Assembly: GCA_951406725.2 (NCBI GenBank)
Contig: OX597825.1
Span: 30,256,001-30,320,000, forward strand
Length of the DNA stretch: 64,000 nucleotides
DNA from: Octopus vulgaris
Taxonomy: Eukaryota
Direction of reading: 5' to 3'
Every line of letters begins with the position of its first letter. Within the stretch, counting starts at the first letter, position 1. The notes under the pieces were generated by a model. The model did not search any database. It saw only the letters and a program-made list of their open reading frames with translations, and was not told where the DNA came from. Position numbers and translations under genes: made by a program. Positions 27,094 to 40,184 of the stretch are shown here, piece by piece.

Positions 27094-27724
27094 AAACACA
27101 TGGTTACAGGTTCAGTCCAACTGAACATATGTATGTGTGTGTGTGTTTGTGTTTGTCCTCAACCAGTGTTGATGCGTTTACATCCCTGTAACTTAGCAAT
27201 TCAGCAAAAGAGACTGATAGTATAAGTACTAAGCTTAAAAAAAAATAAGTCCTAAGTTTGATTTGTTCAACTAAAACTCTTCAAGGCAGTACCCCAGCAT
27301 GGCCTCAGTCTAATTACAAAAATAAGTAAAAGATAAATTATATATATACACTACCGTCAGAAATTAATTAGCACCCTTGATTTGCTCTTCGCTCAAGGTA
27401 TGTGCTGTCACCTAGTGGCCATATCTCGAACTATTGCTTTGTTGCGAGTTCACTGTTGCACAGAACGATGACGGAACTTTGTTTGCAGAGTGGTTTGAGA
27501 GTCTACAGCCTAATGATGTTGACATAGCAGTGCAACAACAACTTGGAGTGCGGATGCAGACAAATCTTCCTTTGTTTAATAGATATAGGTAGCGCCTCGC
27601 AAGGACCGAAATCACACCGTACTAAGTTTTCTCATCGCGTAAGACGTTTTGAACAGCTCGTAGGTTAATTGATTTGTGTATTTGCAAAATTTTTTTCCTC
27701 ACAAATTCTCCTACACTCTGCTTC

Positions 27725-27740
27725 GTGACGTCACTTCCGG
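27725..27740. promoter_or_regulatory. Overlapping CRE + ETS motif GTGACGTCACTTCCGG upstream of the transposase
   Basis: Perfect TGACGTCA fused to CTTCCGG, 160 bp before the ATG; function inferred. Confidence 0.55.
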
Positions 27741-27772
27741 TTCACAAAACTTTCTGTTATACATCAAATAAG

Positions 27773-27899
27773 GTGAGAAATTCTGCTTTCTTTCTTTTTT
27801 GTTTAATGAATAATAACTCATAGCAGTTTTGTTATAGCATAACATTATTCAAATGAATAGTTTTAATGAAAATAATTGCTTTTTATCGTCCATTCCTAG
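27773..27899 (+). other. Putative 5' UTR intron of the transposase transcript
   Basis: AAG|GTGAGA donor, AT-rich interior, and TTTTTATCGTCCATTCCTAG|ATG acceptor directly before the start codon. Confidence 0.55.
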
Positions 27900-28900
27900 A
27901 TGGGCCCAAGACCTCGCATGACCTTGGAGAGACGGTACGAGGCTCTCTCGTGGCGTGGGAAGCTGTCGGAGGCTGCAATAGCCAGAAAACTTGGTGTAGC
28001 CAGGCGCACAATTCAGTGCTTATTTAAGAAATACGAGGAAACCGGATCAGCAGCTGACAAAAAGGGTAGGGGGCGGAAGAGGCTGACGACCCAGCGGGAG
28101 GACTGGATGCTGATCCGAAAGTCACTGAACAACCGAAGGGCAACAAGCCGGCAACTGGCGGAGGAGATGCAAAAGGTGACAGGGAAGCAGTTGTCTACAA
28201 CCACCGTCAAGACCAGATTACTGGAAGCTGGTCTAAAATCCTGTAGGGCCGCCCGTAAGCCGCTCCTTACAGCCCAAAACCGGAAGAGGCGGCTGCTCTG
28301 GGCCCGTGCCCACAAGACATGGACCGTGCAGCAGTGTTGGACAGTGATGTTCACTGACGAGTCGCGTTTCAGTCTCGTCAGTGACAAGCCTGTCCATGTG
28401 CGACGCCGCAGGGGTGAGCGTTTCAACAAAGACTGCATTGCTCCCACCATGAAGCATGGTGGGGGTGGTCTGATGGTGTGGGGGGGGGCGTTCAGCTACA
28501 GTGGTGTTGGGCGGCTCTATGCCATCGAAGGCAACATCAACGCCACAAAGTACGTTGAGATAGTACGGAATGCTGCCCTACCCTCTGCGGGATACCTCTT
28601 TGGTGGCGAGGAGTACGTGCTCCAGCAGGACAACGCACCTCCCCACACAGCCAAGCTCACAACCGGTTTCTTCAAGGACCATGGGGTGACGGTCATGATC
28701 TGAACCCTATTGAGAACCTCTGGAGTCGATTGGGTAGGGATTTAAATGTGCAGCAATACAGGAACCGACACGAGCTGTTTGGGGCACTTCTTGCTGCATG
28801 GAGGGCCATCCCTGCACAGTACCTGCAGGCACTCATAGACAGCATGCCGGCCCGCGTAGCAGCTGTCATTCCTGCCAAAGGAGGAGCAACAAGATATTGA
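27900..28900 (+). pseudogene. Tc1 transposase frameshifted by a small deletion near 28697
   Basis: HTH region, GRGRKR, ARKPLL, VMFTDES, MVWG and QQDNAPPH; DLNPIENLW...KGGATRY* continues in another frame to TGA 28898-28900; the WPxxSP motif is missing. Confidence 0.92.
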
Positions 28901-29065
28901 CTAAATTTCACGATTAATAACAATTATGTGGTATGCTGGGATATGTTTTAATAAATTTTTGATTAAAAACGAGTTCGTTTCTGATAATAAGTAAATTGAA
29001 TTAAGAAAATGTAAGAAAATGTAGAAATTTGAGAAGTGCTAATTAATTTCTGATGCAAGTGTATA

Positions 29066-29390
29066 TATATATTGCAGAGAACCCCTTCAGTCATGGCTGA
29101 TCATGGGATTGCACCTAGGAAATTACCCTCCTAGGCACAAGTCCAGGCAAGGTTGTTTATGGAAGACCAGCAATCACCCATGCACCAGTGTTATCCATGG
29201 GATAGGCAAAGGGGCCAATACAGCTTAGCACCTGTGATGTTGCAACTCATGTCTACAGCTGAGTGAACTGGAGTAATGTGAAATAAAGTGTCTTGCTCAA
29301 GAACACAACACGCAGACCGTTCCGGGATTCAAACTAACAACCTCATGATTGTAAGCTTGATGCTCTAACCACTAAGCCATGCACCTTCAC
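29066..29390 (-). mobile_element. SINE related to family C (same tRNA head, different tail)
   Basis: CTAACCACTAAGCCATGCACCTTCAC head and TGCTCAAGAACACAAC body are shared with family C. Confidence 0.75.
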
Positions 29391-29411
29391 ATATATATAT
29401 ATACATATATA

Positions 29412-29788
29412 TAATTTAATAGTGGTTACTTCCGGACTCTCTCACTCTGTGAAAGTTTCTAGTTCAAATCACATGTGTCTCGAGATATACTGAAGATTTT
29501 CTATCTTGAATATATTTGGGGTACTTAGATCTGCTCAGGACTTAGTGCTTGCTTTTTCAATGGGTGTGAGTAAATATTTCATTTATGTCTTATGTATTTA
29601 TCGCTGAGGAGGAGAAAATTTTTATGAATTAACTCTGAAATTGGGACCAATACGGTAATAATGGAATTTTTTAGAAATTTCTTTTGGCTTGTTTCGAGAT
29701 GCATAAATTATAAAGGTTATTGACAATTTTGTCTATTTTCGGCATATTTGGCATTAGAATTTTTCTTTTGCCCTTATTTTATAAGTTA
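29412..29788 (+). mobile_element. (TA)n-flanked probable PLE 3' fragment with decayed hammerhead (29599-29652)
   Basis: TATCG-CTGAGGA-GGAG...CTCT-GAAA-TTGGGAC-CAATA; (TA)n on both sides. Confidence 0.4.
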
Positions 29789-30673
29789 TATATATATATA
29801 TATACCTGTATCTATAGCTATCTATCTATCTCTATATATGATGTGTCTATCTCTGAATAAATGGTGTATGTTTTTAATATGATCTAGATGAAACAGCTGC
29901 AACTATTTCATGCTGCATTTATACATATACACGCACATACATTACGTGTATATACAAACATACATATCGTGATAAAGATATAGAGAGAAAAATATGCATA
30001 TGTCTACACATTTATGCAACAAGCACAAATATCCATGTTGTTACTATGGCAGCCTTTGAAATCTCTGTCATCTCTCTTCTCCTTCTGTTCTTTTCCCCAT
30101 GAATTTCTCGCCCCACCCATCCCTCTCTTTTTCAGTTATTTGTCATTCAAGACAATAAGTTTTATTGCTTTATTGAAGTAAAAAAAATCTGGAAAAAACT
30201 GTTTTTTTATATTTTATTAAGTATACTATTTGAATGTCTCACATATGATTTAGTTCCAAAATCAACGATGTTCTCATTGGACGACAATAAGAAATGACAG
30301 TAGAGAAATTTGACTGCTCTTTCTAGCATATGTAAAGACCACATAAACTAACACTTCATATGAAGATTCCTATTCAAACATGTGGATGAAAACCACTTTG
30401 CAACATTTACATGAGCTGTTTCCATGAAGGCCAACTCTTCATGGAAAGCCTTCCAATTGATCACCAAACCCTAGTTGAATATCACACATGAATAATGTGT
30501 ATATTTGTATGCGAATATTTCATAAATTTGTCACAGTCAAACTTGATGCAACAAATCTATGATATATATATTTTCATTCTAGTAACCCACAAACATAGAC
30601 ATATTTCTCTTGGTGTTTTACTCTCTTCATATATGTAAATGTATGCATGTGTGCAACTGTGTAGGTGTGTGTT

Positions 30674-30719
<46 letters not shown>

Positions 30720-30939
30720 CTCTTTACTCTTTTTACTCTTTTATTTGTTTCAGGCATTTGATTGCGGCCATGCTGGAGCACCAACTTTAGTCGAGCAAAT
30801 TGACCCTAAGACTTATTCTTTTTAAGCCTAGTACTTATGCTATCGGTCTTTTGCCGAACCACCGCTAAGTTACAGGGACGTAAACACACCAGCATCGGTT
30901 GCCAAGCGATGTTGGGGGGACAAGCACAGACACACAAAT

Positions 30940-30992
<53 letters not shown>

Positions 30993-31190
30993 CATATATA
31001 TGACGGGTTTCTTTCAGGTTCCGTCTACCAAATCCACTCACAAGGCTTTAGTTGGCCTGAAGCTATAGCAGAAAACTACTTGCCCAAGGTGCCACACAGT
31101 GGGACTGAACCCGGAATCATGTGGCTGGTAAACAAGCTACTTACCACACAGCCACTCCTGCACCTATATATATATATATTTATATGTGCA

Positions 31191-31242
<52 letters not shown>

Positions 31243-32400
31243 TACATAAAACAAATTGGCAGACTCGTTATTTTCATTTGATCTCTTCAGAATACATTTT
31301 CATTTCAATCCCATACAAAAATTGAAATCATCCACAAAAGTATTAGTGTGTAAAAATGCACCGATGCTGATGACACATGTAAAACACCTGGGCTGGTCAA
31401 ACAATTGAACCCTTGCCAGCATGGGAAATGCGCATTAACATATATATATATATATAGGCGCAGGAGTGGCTGTGTGGTAAGTAGCTAGCTTACCAACCAC
31501 ATGGTTCTGGGTTCAGTCCCACTGTGTGGCATCTTGGGCAAGTGTTTTCTGCTATAGCCTCGGGCCGACCAAAGCCTTGTGAGTGGATTTGGTAGATGGA
31601 AACTGAAAGAAGCCCGTCGTATATATGTATATATATATATGTGTGTGTATGTTTGTGTGTCTGTGTTTGTCCCTCCAGCATTGCTTGACAACCGATGCTG
31701 GTGTGTTTACGTCCCCGTCACTTAGCGGTTCGGCAAAAGAGACCGATAGAATAAGTACTGGACTTACAAAGAATAAGTCCTGGGGTCGATTTGCTCGACT
31801 GAAGGCGGTGCTCCAGCATGGCCACAGTCAAATGACTGAAACAAGTAAAAGAGTAAAAGAGTATATATATATATATATATATTGACTGCTTCTTCTAGCG
31901 TGTAAAATTACCTATTAAAGGTAATTTTCTCTTGTGTTTAAATGTACACTCTTTTATATTGAGTATATATATACTCTTTACTCTTTTTTACTTTTACTTG
32001 TTTCAGTCATTTGACTGCAGCCATGCTGGAGCACCGCCTTTAACCGAGCAAATCTAGGGGGACAAACACAGACAAACGGGAATTATTCTTTGTAAGCCCA
32101 GTACTTATTCTATCGGTCTCTTTTGCCGAACCATTAAGTGACGAGGACGTAAACACACCAGCATCGGTTGTCAAGCAATGCTAGGGGCACAAACACAGAC
32201 ACACAAACACACACATACATATACATATATATACATATATACAACAGGCTTCTTTCAGTTTCCGTCTACCAAATCCACTCACAAGGCATTGGTCGGCCCA
32301 GGGCTATAGCAGAAGACACTTGCCCAAGATGCCACGCAGTGGGACTGAACCCCGAACCACGTGGTTGGTTAGCAAGCTACTTACCATACAGCCACCCCTC
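30720..32400. mobile_element. Three family-A SINEs in alternating orientation (30720-31165 -, 31457-31862 +, 31973-32400 -)
   Basis: Direct comparison with 1003-1532. Confidence 0.9.
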
Positions 32401-32461
32401 CGATATATATATATGAGTACAAGTGTGTATACACACACACACACACATATATGATATATAT

Positions 32462-32877
32462 GGGGCGAGCTGGTAGAAGCGTTAGCACCTCAGGCAAAAT
32501 GCTTAGCGGTATTTTGTCTGCCGTTATGTTCTGAGTTTGAATTCCGCCAAGGTCGACTTTGCCTTTCATCCTTTCAGGGTCGATTAAATAAGTACCAGTT
32601 ATGCACTGGGAGTCGATATAATCGACTTAATCCGTCTGTCTGTCCTTGTTTGTCTCCTCTGTGTTTAGCCCCTTGTGGGTAGCAAAGAAATAGGCACTTT
32701 GTCTGCCATTACGTTCTGAGTTCGAATTCCGCCGAGGTCGACTTTGCCTTTCATCCTTTCGGGGTCGCTTAAATAAGTACCAGTTATACACTGGGGTTTG
32801 ATGTAATCGACTTAATCCCTTTGTCTGTCCTTGCTGGTCCCCTCTGTGTTTAGCCCCCTGTGGACAATAAAGAAATA
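32462..32877 (+). mobile_element. SINE family B with duplicated 3' body
   Basis: GGCGAGCTGGTAGAAGCGTTAGCAC head; GGTCGACTTTGCCTTTCATCCTTTC occurs twice; other copies at 34152-34390 (-), 36397-36612, 41234-41469 and 62941-63148. Confidence 0.88.
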
Positions 32878-33599
32878 TACATATGGCTAAATCTTGTATA
32901 TATATCTATGTGTTAGTTCATGCACATTTATTATTACACGTGTTTGCATATATACACTTGCTAGGCATCTTTTGCATATACACCCACGTTTTTTTATGTG
33001 TGTGTGTGTAAGTAAAACTGTTCTCCTGAGCCTGTTTGTTTGTATATGTGTCTCTATTTTTTTCTACATGCACCCTACATCCTTTCGTCTGTAGTCCATC
33101 ACATCGATTAAGTCTTTTAACTGACTTGGCATAACAAAACAAATACCAGTCGGGTACACTGCTCAATTCCATCAAATATATTACACAATCTCTTGGCCCT
33201 AAATGATAAATCAATATCGTTATATCATAATCTAATTTATAGTTTAATTACAAAAACATTTGGAAATAGCTGGTAGGGTGATGAAGCAAACTTTTAGACT
33301 TATGCTACTAAAATTGTACGTCTTTCTTTGTTGAAAGCTTTCACACCTCTCACTCACAAAGGTTTCTTCATTTTCCAGCAGAGAAAGGAAGAAACTAAAC
33401 AATTGTTTTTATTCTGACTATTTCACTGTAGTTAAATGAAAGCTTAGATGCTATTAATTGATGTGTTTCAGGAATATACATCAAACAACAATATCGGTGA
33501 ACAGCTATTTGTATCTTGTCAATGGCACTGCGTGCGTTCGTGACCAAATCACTTAACACATAACAGCGAAAGTCTATGTAGCATTGTAAATGGGTACTG

Positions 33600-33948
33600 T
33601 TGATGTTGTTGTTGGAGATGTTGATGATGAGGATATTGATGATGATGCTGCTGGTGGTGGTGGTGGTGCTGGTGGTGGCGGTGGTGGTGATGATTATGAT
33701 GATGAAGGCAATGATTACAACTATGACGACGATGATGTCGATAGTGATGATGATCATGATGATGTCGATGGTGATGACGATTGTGATGATGATGATGATG
33801 ATGATGAAGGTGACAATGATGATGATGATGATGACCATGATCATGATGATGACATTGCCAATAATGATGATTAAGAGAAAGACGAGCCCAAAGTCAGTCC
33901 TGATTGAAAAGAAATTATGTTGAAAGCCACGGCCATCAACATCATCAA

Positions 33949-33993
<45 letters not shown>

Positions 33994-34005
33994 CATCATC
34001 ATCAC
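33600..34005. repeat. Degenerate (GAT)n followed by inverted (ATC)n microsatellite
   Basis: Seen directly; source of the poly-D, poly-M and poly-I ORFs. Confidence 0.95.
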
Positions 34006-36158
34006 TATTTTGCATCTACCTTTCAATGCTAATGTGAGTTGGGTAAATTTTCTGCAATACTCTTTCTTAAGAAGTCCTCCCTGTTGTCTACATCTATGGC
34101 CACCTTTTACAGCATTCAGATTTTTCTTCATTGGTACAAAACTGCAGCTGTTTCTTATTTCTTTATTGCCCACAAGGGGCTCAACATAGAGAGGACAAAC
34201 AAGGACAGACAAAGGGATTAAGCTGATTAGATTGACTCCAGTGTGTAACTATTATTTAATTTTACGACCCCGATAGGATGAAAGGCAAAGTCGACCTCGG
34301 CGGAATTTGAACTCAGAACGTCACAGTAGACAAAATGCCAGTAGACATTTCAGCCGGTGTGCTAACATTTCTGCCAGCTCGTTGCCTTAACTGCAGCTGT
34401 TGTTGTTGTTTTAGCCATTATTTATGGCAGGCAGAGAGGAATGCAGTGTATCTACCCTAAACCTGGGACACAGCCTGGTGTACACAATTCTTATATAAAG
34501 AGGAATACTTTTATGAGGCTTGTTCCCCTCAACCATCTTTGATCTATCTGGCTTTGGCCCCTAACTGAGATCAGCCCTAAATTGTATGGGAAGTAGCTGA
34601 AAAGTAGGTAAGTCCCTGATCAACCACTTGTTATATCTTTTATTTTTTATTTGCTTCAGTCATAAAACTGTGGCCATGCTGGGGCAACACCTTGAAGAAT
34701 CTTTAGTCAAATGAATCAATCTCAGTACATTTTCTTTTTAAAGCCTGGTACTTATTCTATCGGTGTCTTTTGATGAACCTCTAAGTTGTGGGGACATAAA
34801 CAAGCTAACATTGGTTGTCAAGCAATGGTGTGGGACAAATACAGACACAAAGACACATACACACATATGTGCATGTGCACACACACACTCACACACACAC
34901 ACTCATACAGATTTATATATATATATATATATATATTTGATAGGCTTCTTTTAGTTTCCATCTGCCAAATCCACTCACAAGGATTTGGTCGAAGTGAGAC
35001 TATAGTTGAAGACAGTTATCAAAGGTGCCAAACAGGGGCTGAACCCTGAACCATGTGGTTGGGAAGGAAGCTTCTTACCACACACCCACACTTGCACCTT
35101 AGTAGATGATATTAAATTACATGCCGAATCCAAAATACTGCTTCAAAGATCTATTCCAGGTTGTAAAACCTTATAGTTGTGGCATCAGTATGGAGCTTAG
35201 GCTTAATAAATTCGCCTGTGCCACTTTCAAAAGGGGGAGGTTGACTATATTTATTTGTACCCACAGTTTGACATTTTAAAGAAATGGAAGTACATATGTC
35301 ATGTAGAGAAATCTGATAATTAACTGGGATGAACCGATTTTGCATGCAAGAATGAAGAAAATAATCTGGAAGGAATGCATCCACTGGACTAGAATGACCC
35401 CGAAAAAAAAAATAGGGAACTCAACTCAGATCATAAGATGAAAGAGCACTTAACACTGTAGCAGTTCCAGCAGCAAATTATGGATTCAGTATGGAAGACA
35501 TAACTTGCTGCTATGGAATAAGCAAATAGCAAAAATAAATTAAATGGAAAATCCTCATCATCGTATCATCGTATCATCATCATCACTGTCATCAGTGTCA
35601 TCACCATCATTGTCGTCATCATTATCGTTGTCATTGTCGTTGTCATCATCATCATCATCATCCTTATCATCATCTGCTAATGTTTATCATCAGCATCAAC
35701 ATTAGCATCAGTATCAGCATCTGCCATGGTTGGATGGTTTCACAGGATCCAATAGAATCAAGGACTGCATTATGAACCAATGTCTACTTCTGTTGAATTT
35801 CCACTGGATTTCTACTGCTGGATACCCTTCCTGACATCAGCTGACCAAAGGAAAGTACTGACTGAATTTAGACTACATCTTCCAAAAAGTTGACAAGTAT
35901 CACATTTATACACTTCTATATTTAAGAGATGAGGAATTAAGTAAATTATTTATTTTTCTAGATCTTGTTGGATTCTCTTTTTATCATCATCTCTGGTTAT
36001 TTTCCTAAGTAATGAAGATAACCTCTCTGTGATTTCATTATCTAATTGATGATTTTGTTGTAATGGATCCTCACATGGACGAGGGCGTGTCCTGCCCTTT
36101 CCATTACTCTTCTAGCTTTATATGAATCCACTGGTGTCATTATATTCAATTTCCCCAA

Positions 36159-36204
36159 GACACCTGATGAATGCTGGAGGGTATATCAACCGAAATGTTG
36201 TGTT
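36159..36204 (+). ncRNA. Minimal hammerhead motif in a probable PLE pLTR fragment (~35921-36252)
   Basis: GACAC-CTGATGA-ATGCTG...CAACC-GAAA-TG-TT-GTGTT; stem I GACAC/GTGTT; stem II and the CG are partly decayed. Confidence 0.6.
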
Positions 36205-37121
36205 AACAACACTCAAGATTAGGACAAATATCCATCAAATGTAAATAATGTATCACATTTATGTTCTAAGACAAAATGAGAAAAGAAGCTACCATGCTAC
36301 CATGCTAACGATTTCCAAATATTGTACATAATCCCCAAAGTGAAAGCTCCCTGGAATGCACTGTCCAGTTTATTGTCATCACTATCTGATTCTTCTAAGG
36401 TGGTAAACTGGCAGAAATGTTAGCATGCCAGGTGAAATGCTTAGCGCTATTTCATCTGTCATTATGTTCTGAGTTCAAATTCCACCATGGTCGACTTTGC
36501 CTTTCATCCTTTTGGGGTCGATAAATTAAGTACCAGTTGTGTACTGGAGTTGATCTAATCGACAGGTCCCCTCCCGCAAAATTTCGGGCCTTGTGTCTAG
36601 AGTAGAAAAGAATATCTAGAATATTCTAAAGAATTTCATGACTTTTATCCACCCTTATTGACTACATGAATTAATGTATTATCCAATATATTATTATCCA
36701 ATTAGCAGAAAAGTCTGAATACCTAGCAACAATCCTGATATGAGGTACCCAAGCTTGGCCTTTGCTTGACTCAGGACCATAGTTCCATCAAAGAGTTGAG
36801 GAATAATTTTGTCTTACAAAAGTCTACAACTCCTGTTCCCTAACATTGTATCTTTATAGTAGGAGTAAGTCTTCTATACATGCATGTAAAAGTACCTGTC
36901 CTGGTGCCACATAAAAGCTTCCTCTGTCAGCACCACATAAAAGCACTCATGTTTGTGCCACATTAAAAACCCCCAGTTACACACTGTAAAGTGGTTTGTA
37001 TTAGGAAGCACATTCAACCAAAGAAACCAAGCCAAATCAGACTGGAACCAAGCACAGCTCTCCCGCTTACCAGCTCTAATCATACCATCCAACCCACACC
37101 TGCATGGAAAATGGATGTAAA

Positions 37122-37239
37122 ATGATGATGATGATGATGATGACAATATTGATGATGATGCTGGTAGTGGTGGTGGTGGTTATGGTGGTGGTGGTGGTGG
37201 TGGTGGTGGTGGTGATGGTGGTGGTGGTGGTGGTGGTGG

Positions 37240-37270
<31 letters not shown>

Positions 37271-37335
37271 GCTGGTGGTGCTGGTGCTGGTGGTGCTGGT
37301 GCTGGTGGTGGTGATGATGATGATGATGATGATTA
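37122..37335. repeat. (GAT)n/(GGT)n microsatellite extending a family-D tail
   Basis: Seen directly. Confidence 0.95.
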
Positions 37336-37798
37336 CCATTTTGGTACAGTGTAATTCTAGATTCAAATTCTGAAACAGCCTTAGATTATTTTCCTCTTTC
37401 TGTGACATAACACAAATCAGAGACATTATGCACTTATGATCTATGAGTAAAACCTTCCATCTTTAGAATATACATAATTTTGATTTTCTACACACACAAA
37501 AAAAATATTTTCTTTTTATATAATTATTCCATTGCCTGAGTGTCTACGAATCTGCCTCTATACATTAAACAAGAACACATGGCTTTTCTATTTCTTTTTT
37601 TCTTATTCAGTCATTGAGTTTACAAATATTGATTATCAATTTGACATTATAAAATGTCATTCTGTTTCTTCTTCTTCCTCTGTTCCTAAGCTTGTATCCC
37701 GCATTAGACTGGGCCATACTTTTGTTAAGTTTGGTACTTATTCTAGTGGTCTCTCTCTCTTTTATTCTGGTTCTTTTTTTTTTTTTTGCTTAACCAAT

Positions 37799-38190
37799 AA
37801 TTCATGAAGATGTAAACTAGCTTCGGCCGGATCGTGTTTTGCCCTTACCTTCGAAACACGCATTGAGTTGAACCAGGGGAATATTCCTTGTATTGTTTGT
37901 CTTGTACACTGTTTTTTCGTTGTTAAAAAAAGTCCGTTTCCTAGTTTGTTTTTATGTTTTCGTTTCTCGTTGTGTTCTATGTTTATTTGTGGTGCCCTGT
38001 ACTCATATATATATATATATATATGCATGTATATATACATATAGATGTAGGTACGTACATATAGGTATGTATGTACCTACATCTATATGTATATATACAT
38101 GCATATATATATATATATGAGTACAGGACACCACAAATAAACGTAGAACATGAGAAACGAAAACATAAAAACAAACTAGGAAACGGACTT
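37799..38190. mobile_element. Probable PLE pLTR end with ~130-bp fold-back (37930-38190) and a heavily decayed hammerhead (37799-37869)
   Basis: AAGTCCGTTTCCTAG...GTACTC(AT)n mirrored by (AT)nGAGTAC...CTAGGAAACGGACTT; upstream AATTC-ATGAAGA...C-GAAA-CACGCA-TT-GAGTT. Confidence 0.65.
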
Positions 38191-39275
38191 GCAAAGCCTT
38201 GCGAGTGGATTTGGTAGACAGAAACTGAAAGAAGCCCATCCTATATACATGTATATACATATATATGTGTGTGTGTGTATATGTTTGTGTCTGTGTTTCT
38301 CCCCCCCCCCCCCCAACATCGCTTGACAACTGATGCTGGTGTGTTTTCATCCCCATAACTTAGCAGTTTGACAAAAGAGACTGATAGAATAAGTACTAGG
38401 CTTACAAAGAATAAGTCCTGGGGTCAATTTGCTCGACTAAAGTTGGTGCTCCACCATTGCCACAGTCAAATGACTGCATGGAAAATGGACGTTAAACGAT
38501 GAAGATGATGATATATATGCATGTATGTATGTAGGTATAAAATGGCAAAAATATATACGGTTGTAAGATTGCTAATAAGTTACTCTTATTATGTATGTAC
38601 ATGTAGAGCATATTTGATGGTCTATAACAATATCCTGCCACTTATATTACAACCTTCAAATCTCAAGGTTATGCCCTGGCATCTGCCACCATCTATATCT
38701 CTGTCCTTCTTTACTTAACCATTCCATTTATATTCTGATCCCCCATCCATTGTGAGTATGCCTGGCATTTTGCCACCATCTATATCCTGCTGTCTCCTGC
38801 ACTCTCTCTCTCTCTCTCTCTCCTTCTCTTTCACTTCCCTCAGGTTGGGTTCTTTTGCAGTAGCACGCCTATTTCTGTTGCCATCTTCTCTTTCTCTCTC
38901 TCTCGCTGTCTCTCCCTCTCTCTCTCTCTCTCCCTCTTTCTCTCTCTCTCTCTCTCCAGCCAGGTAACCTTGTACCTCCTCTCCAGCAGGACACCTGTTT
39001 CTGTCTCTCTGTCTCACTATAGCCTTTCATCATCTGACACAAGATCTCCTCCTCCGCTCTCAAAATATTTTTCTTTTGCAAGTTACTTGGTGACCCTGTC
39101 AGTGCAGGTGCCACTTAAAAAGCATCCAGTACACACCTTAAAATGGTTGGTGTCCAGAGGAGGCATTCAGCTCAGGTGCTAGTTGCATAACACTGATATC
39201 TGCCATGATTGCGATTTTTGTTTGACTTCATGGGTCTTCTTCACAAGCACAACGTAATGCCAAAGATCTTGCTCA

Positions 39276-39460
39276 TTGCCTCCATGCGACCCAACACTTG
39301 AAAGGAGCTCGGCCACTTTGTCCCCATGAGACCCAATACTCGAAAGAAATTCAGCCATCTTGCTACCATGAGGCCCACTCGAAAGGAACTCAGCCACCTT
39401 GCTTCCATGAGGCCCAACACTCAAAAGGAACTCAACCAATTTGCTTCCACGAGGCCGAAC
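39276..39460 (-). repeat. ~42-bp minisatellite (~4.5 units) within an RTE 3'-end fragment
   Basis: Unit TTGC.TCCATGAGGCCCAACACTCGAAAGGAACTCAGCCAC; adjacent minus strand reads DLWHYVVLVKKT. Confidence 0.85.
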
Positions 39461-39762
39461 TATAAATCCATATAATACTTAAGTGCAAAGAATAATTCTG
39501 TGAGTCAGACTTAAGTATTGGTGATGTTTAAAATTTTTGAAATTGACTTTTTTTGCTATTCAAAATTAATTGGAAATTCATCACAGAAGTAAGATATATA
39601 GACAGCAGACTGTCAGACGATCAGACAAGCACTCAGAGTCAAGCGCAATTATTTATTACATTCCATTAGTAAAACTTTTCTTTTATTTGTGTTGTATATT
39701 TTACAAAATGTTCATTTCATATATCTCAATATATATATATCAATATATACATATATATATAC

Positions 39763-39797
<35 letters not shown>

Positions 39798-39937
39798 TAT
39801 GTATATATTTATGTAAATATATGTGTGTGTATGTGTATGTATGTATGTATGTATGAATATATATATATATATATATGTATGTATATATATATGTATATAT
39901 GTATGTATGTATGTATATATATGTATGTATGTATATA

Positions 39938-39980
<43 letters not shown>

Positions 39981-40138
39981 TCATCATCACATACATTTTA
40001 CGGGTGCTTTTTTCATGCCAGCATGAGATGGAATATACATACATACATACACACATACATACATACATACATGCATACATACATACATAAATACACATAC
40101 ACACACACACAAATATTTACATAAATATATACATATAC

Positions 40139-40184
<46 letters not shown>

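Larger units (their letters stand above)
27349..29061 (+). mobile_element. Full-length Tc1-family (DD34E) DNA transposon, 1713 bp
   Basis: 26-bp TIRs (27349-27374 and 29036-29061, 3 mismatches), TA on both sides, internal transposase. Confidence 0.95.

Noticed and set aside
28013-28450. Antisense ORF within Tc1 (also 10154-10399 within the RTE)
   Set aside because: Shadow ORFs of the transposon coding strand.
39276-39460. CRISPR-like array
   Set aside because: Contiguous tandem units without unique spacers, eukaryotic context, no cas genes.
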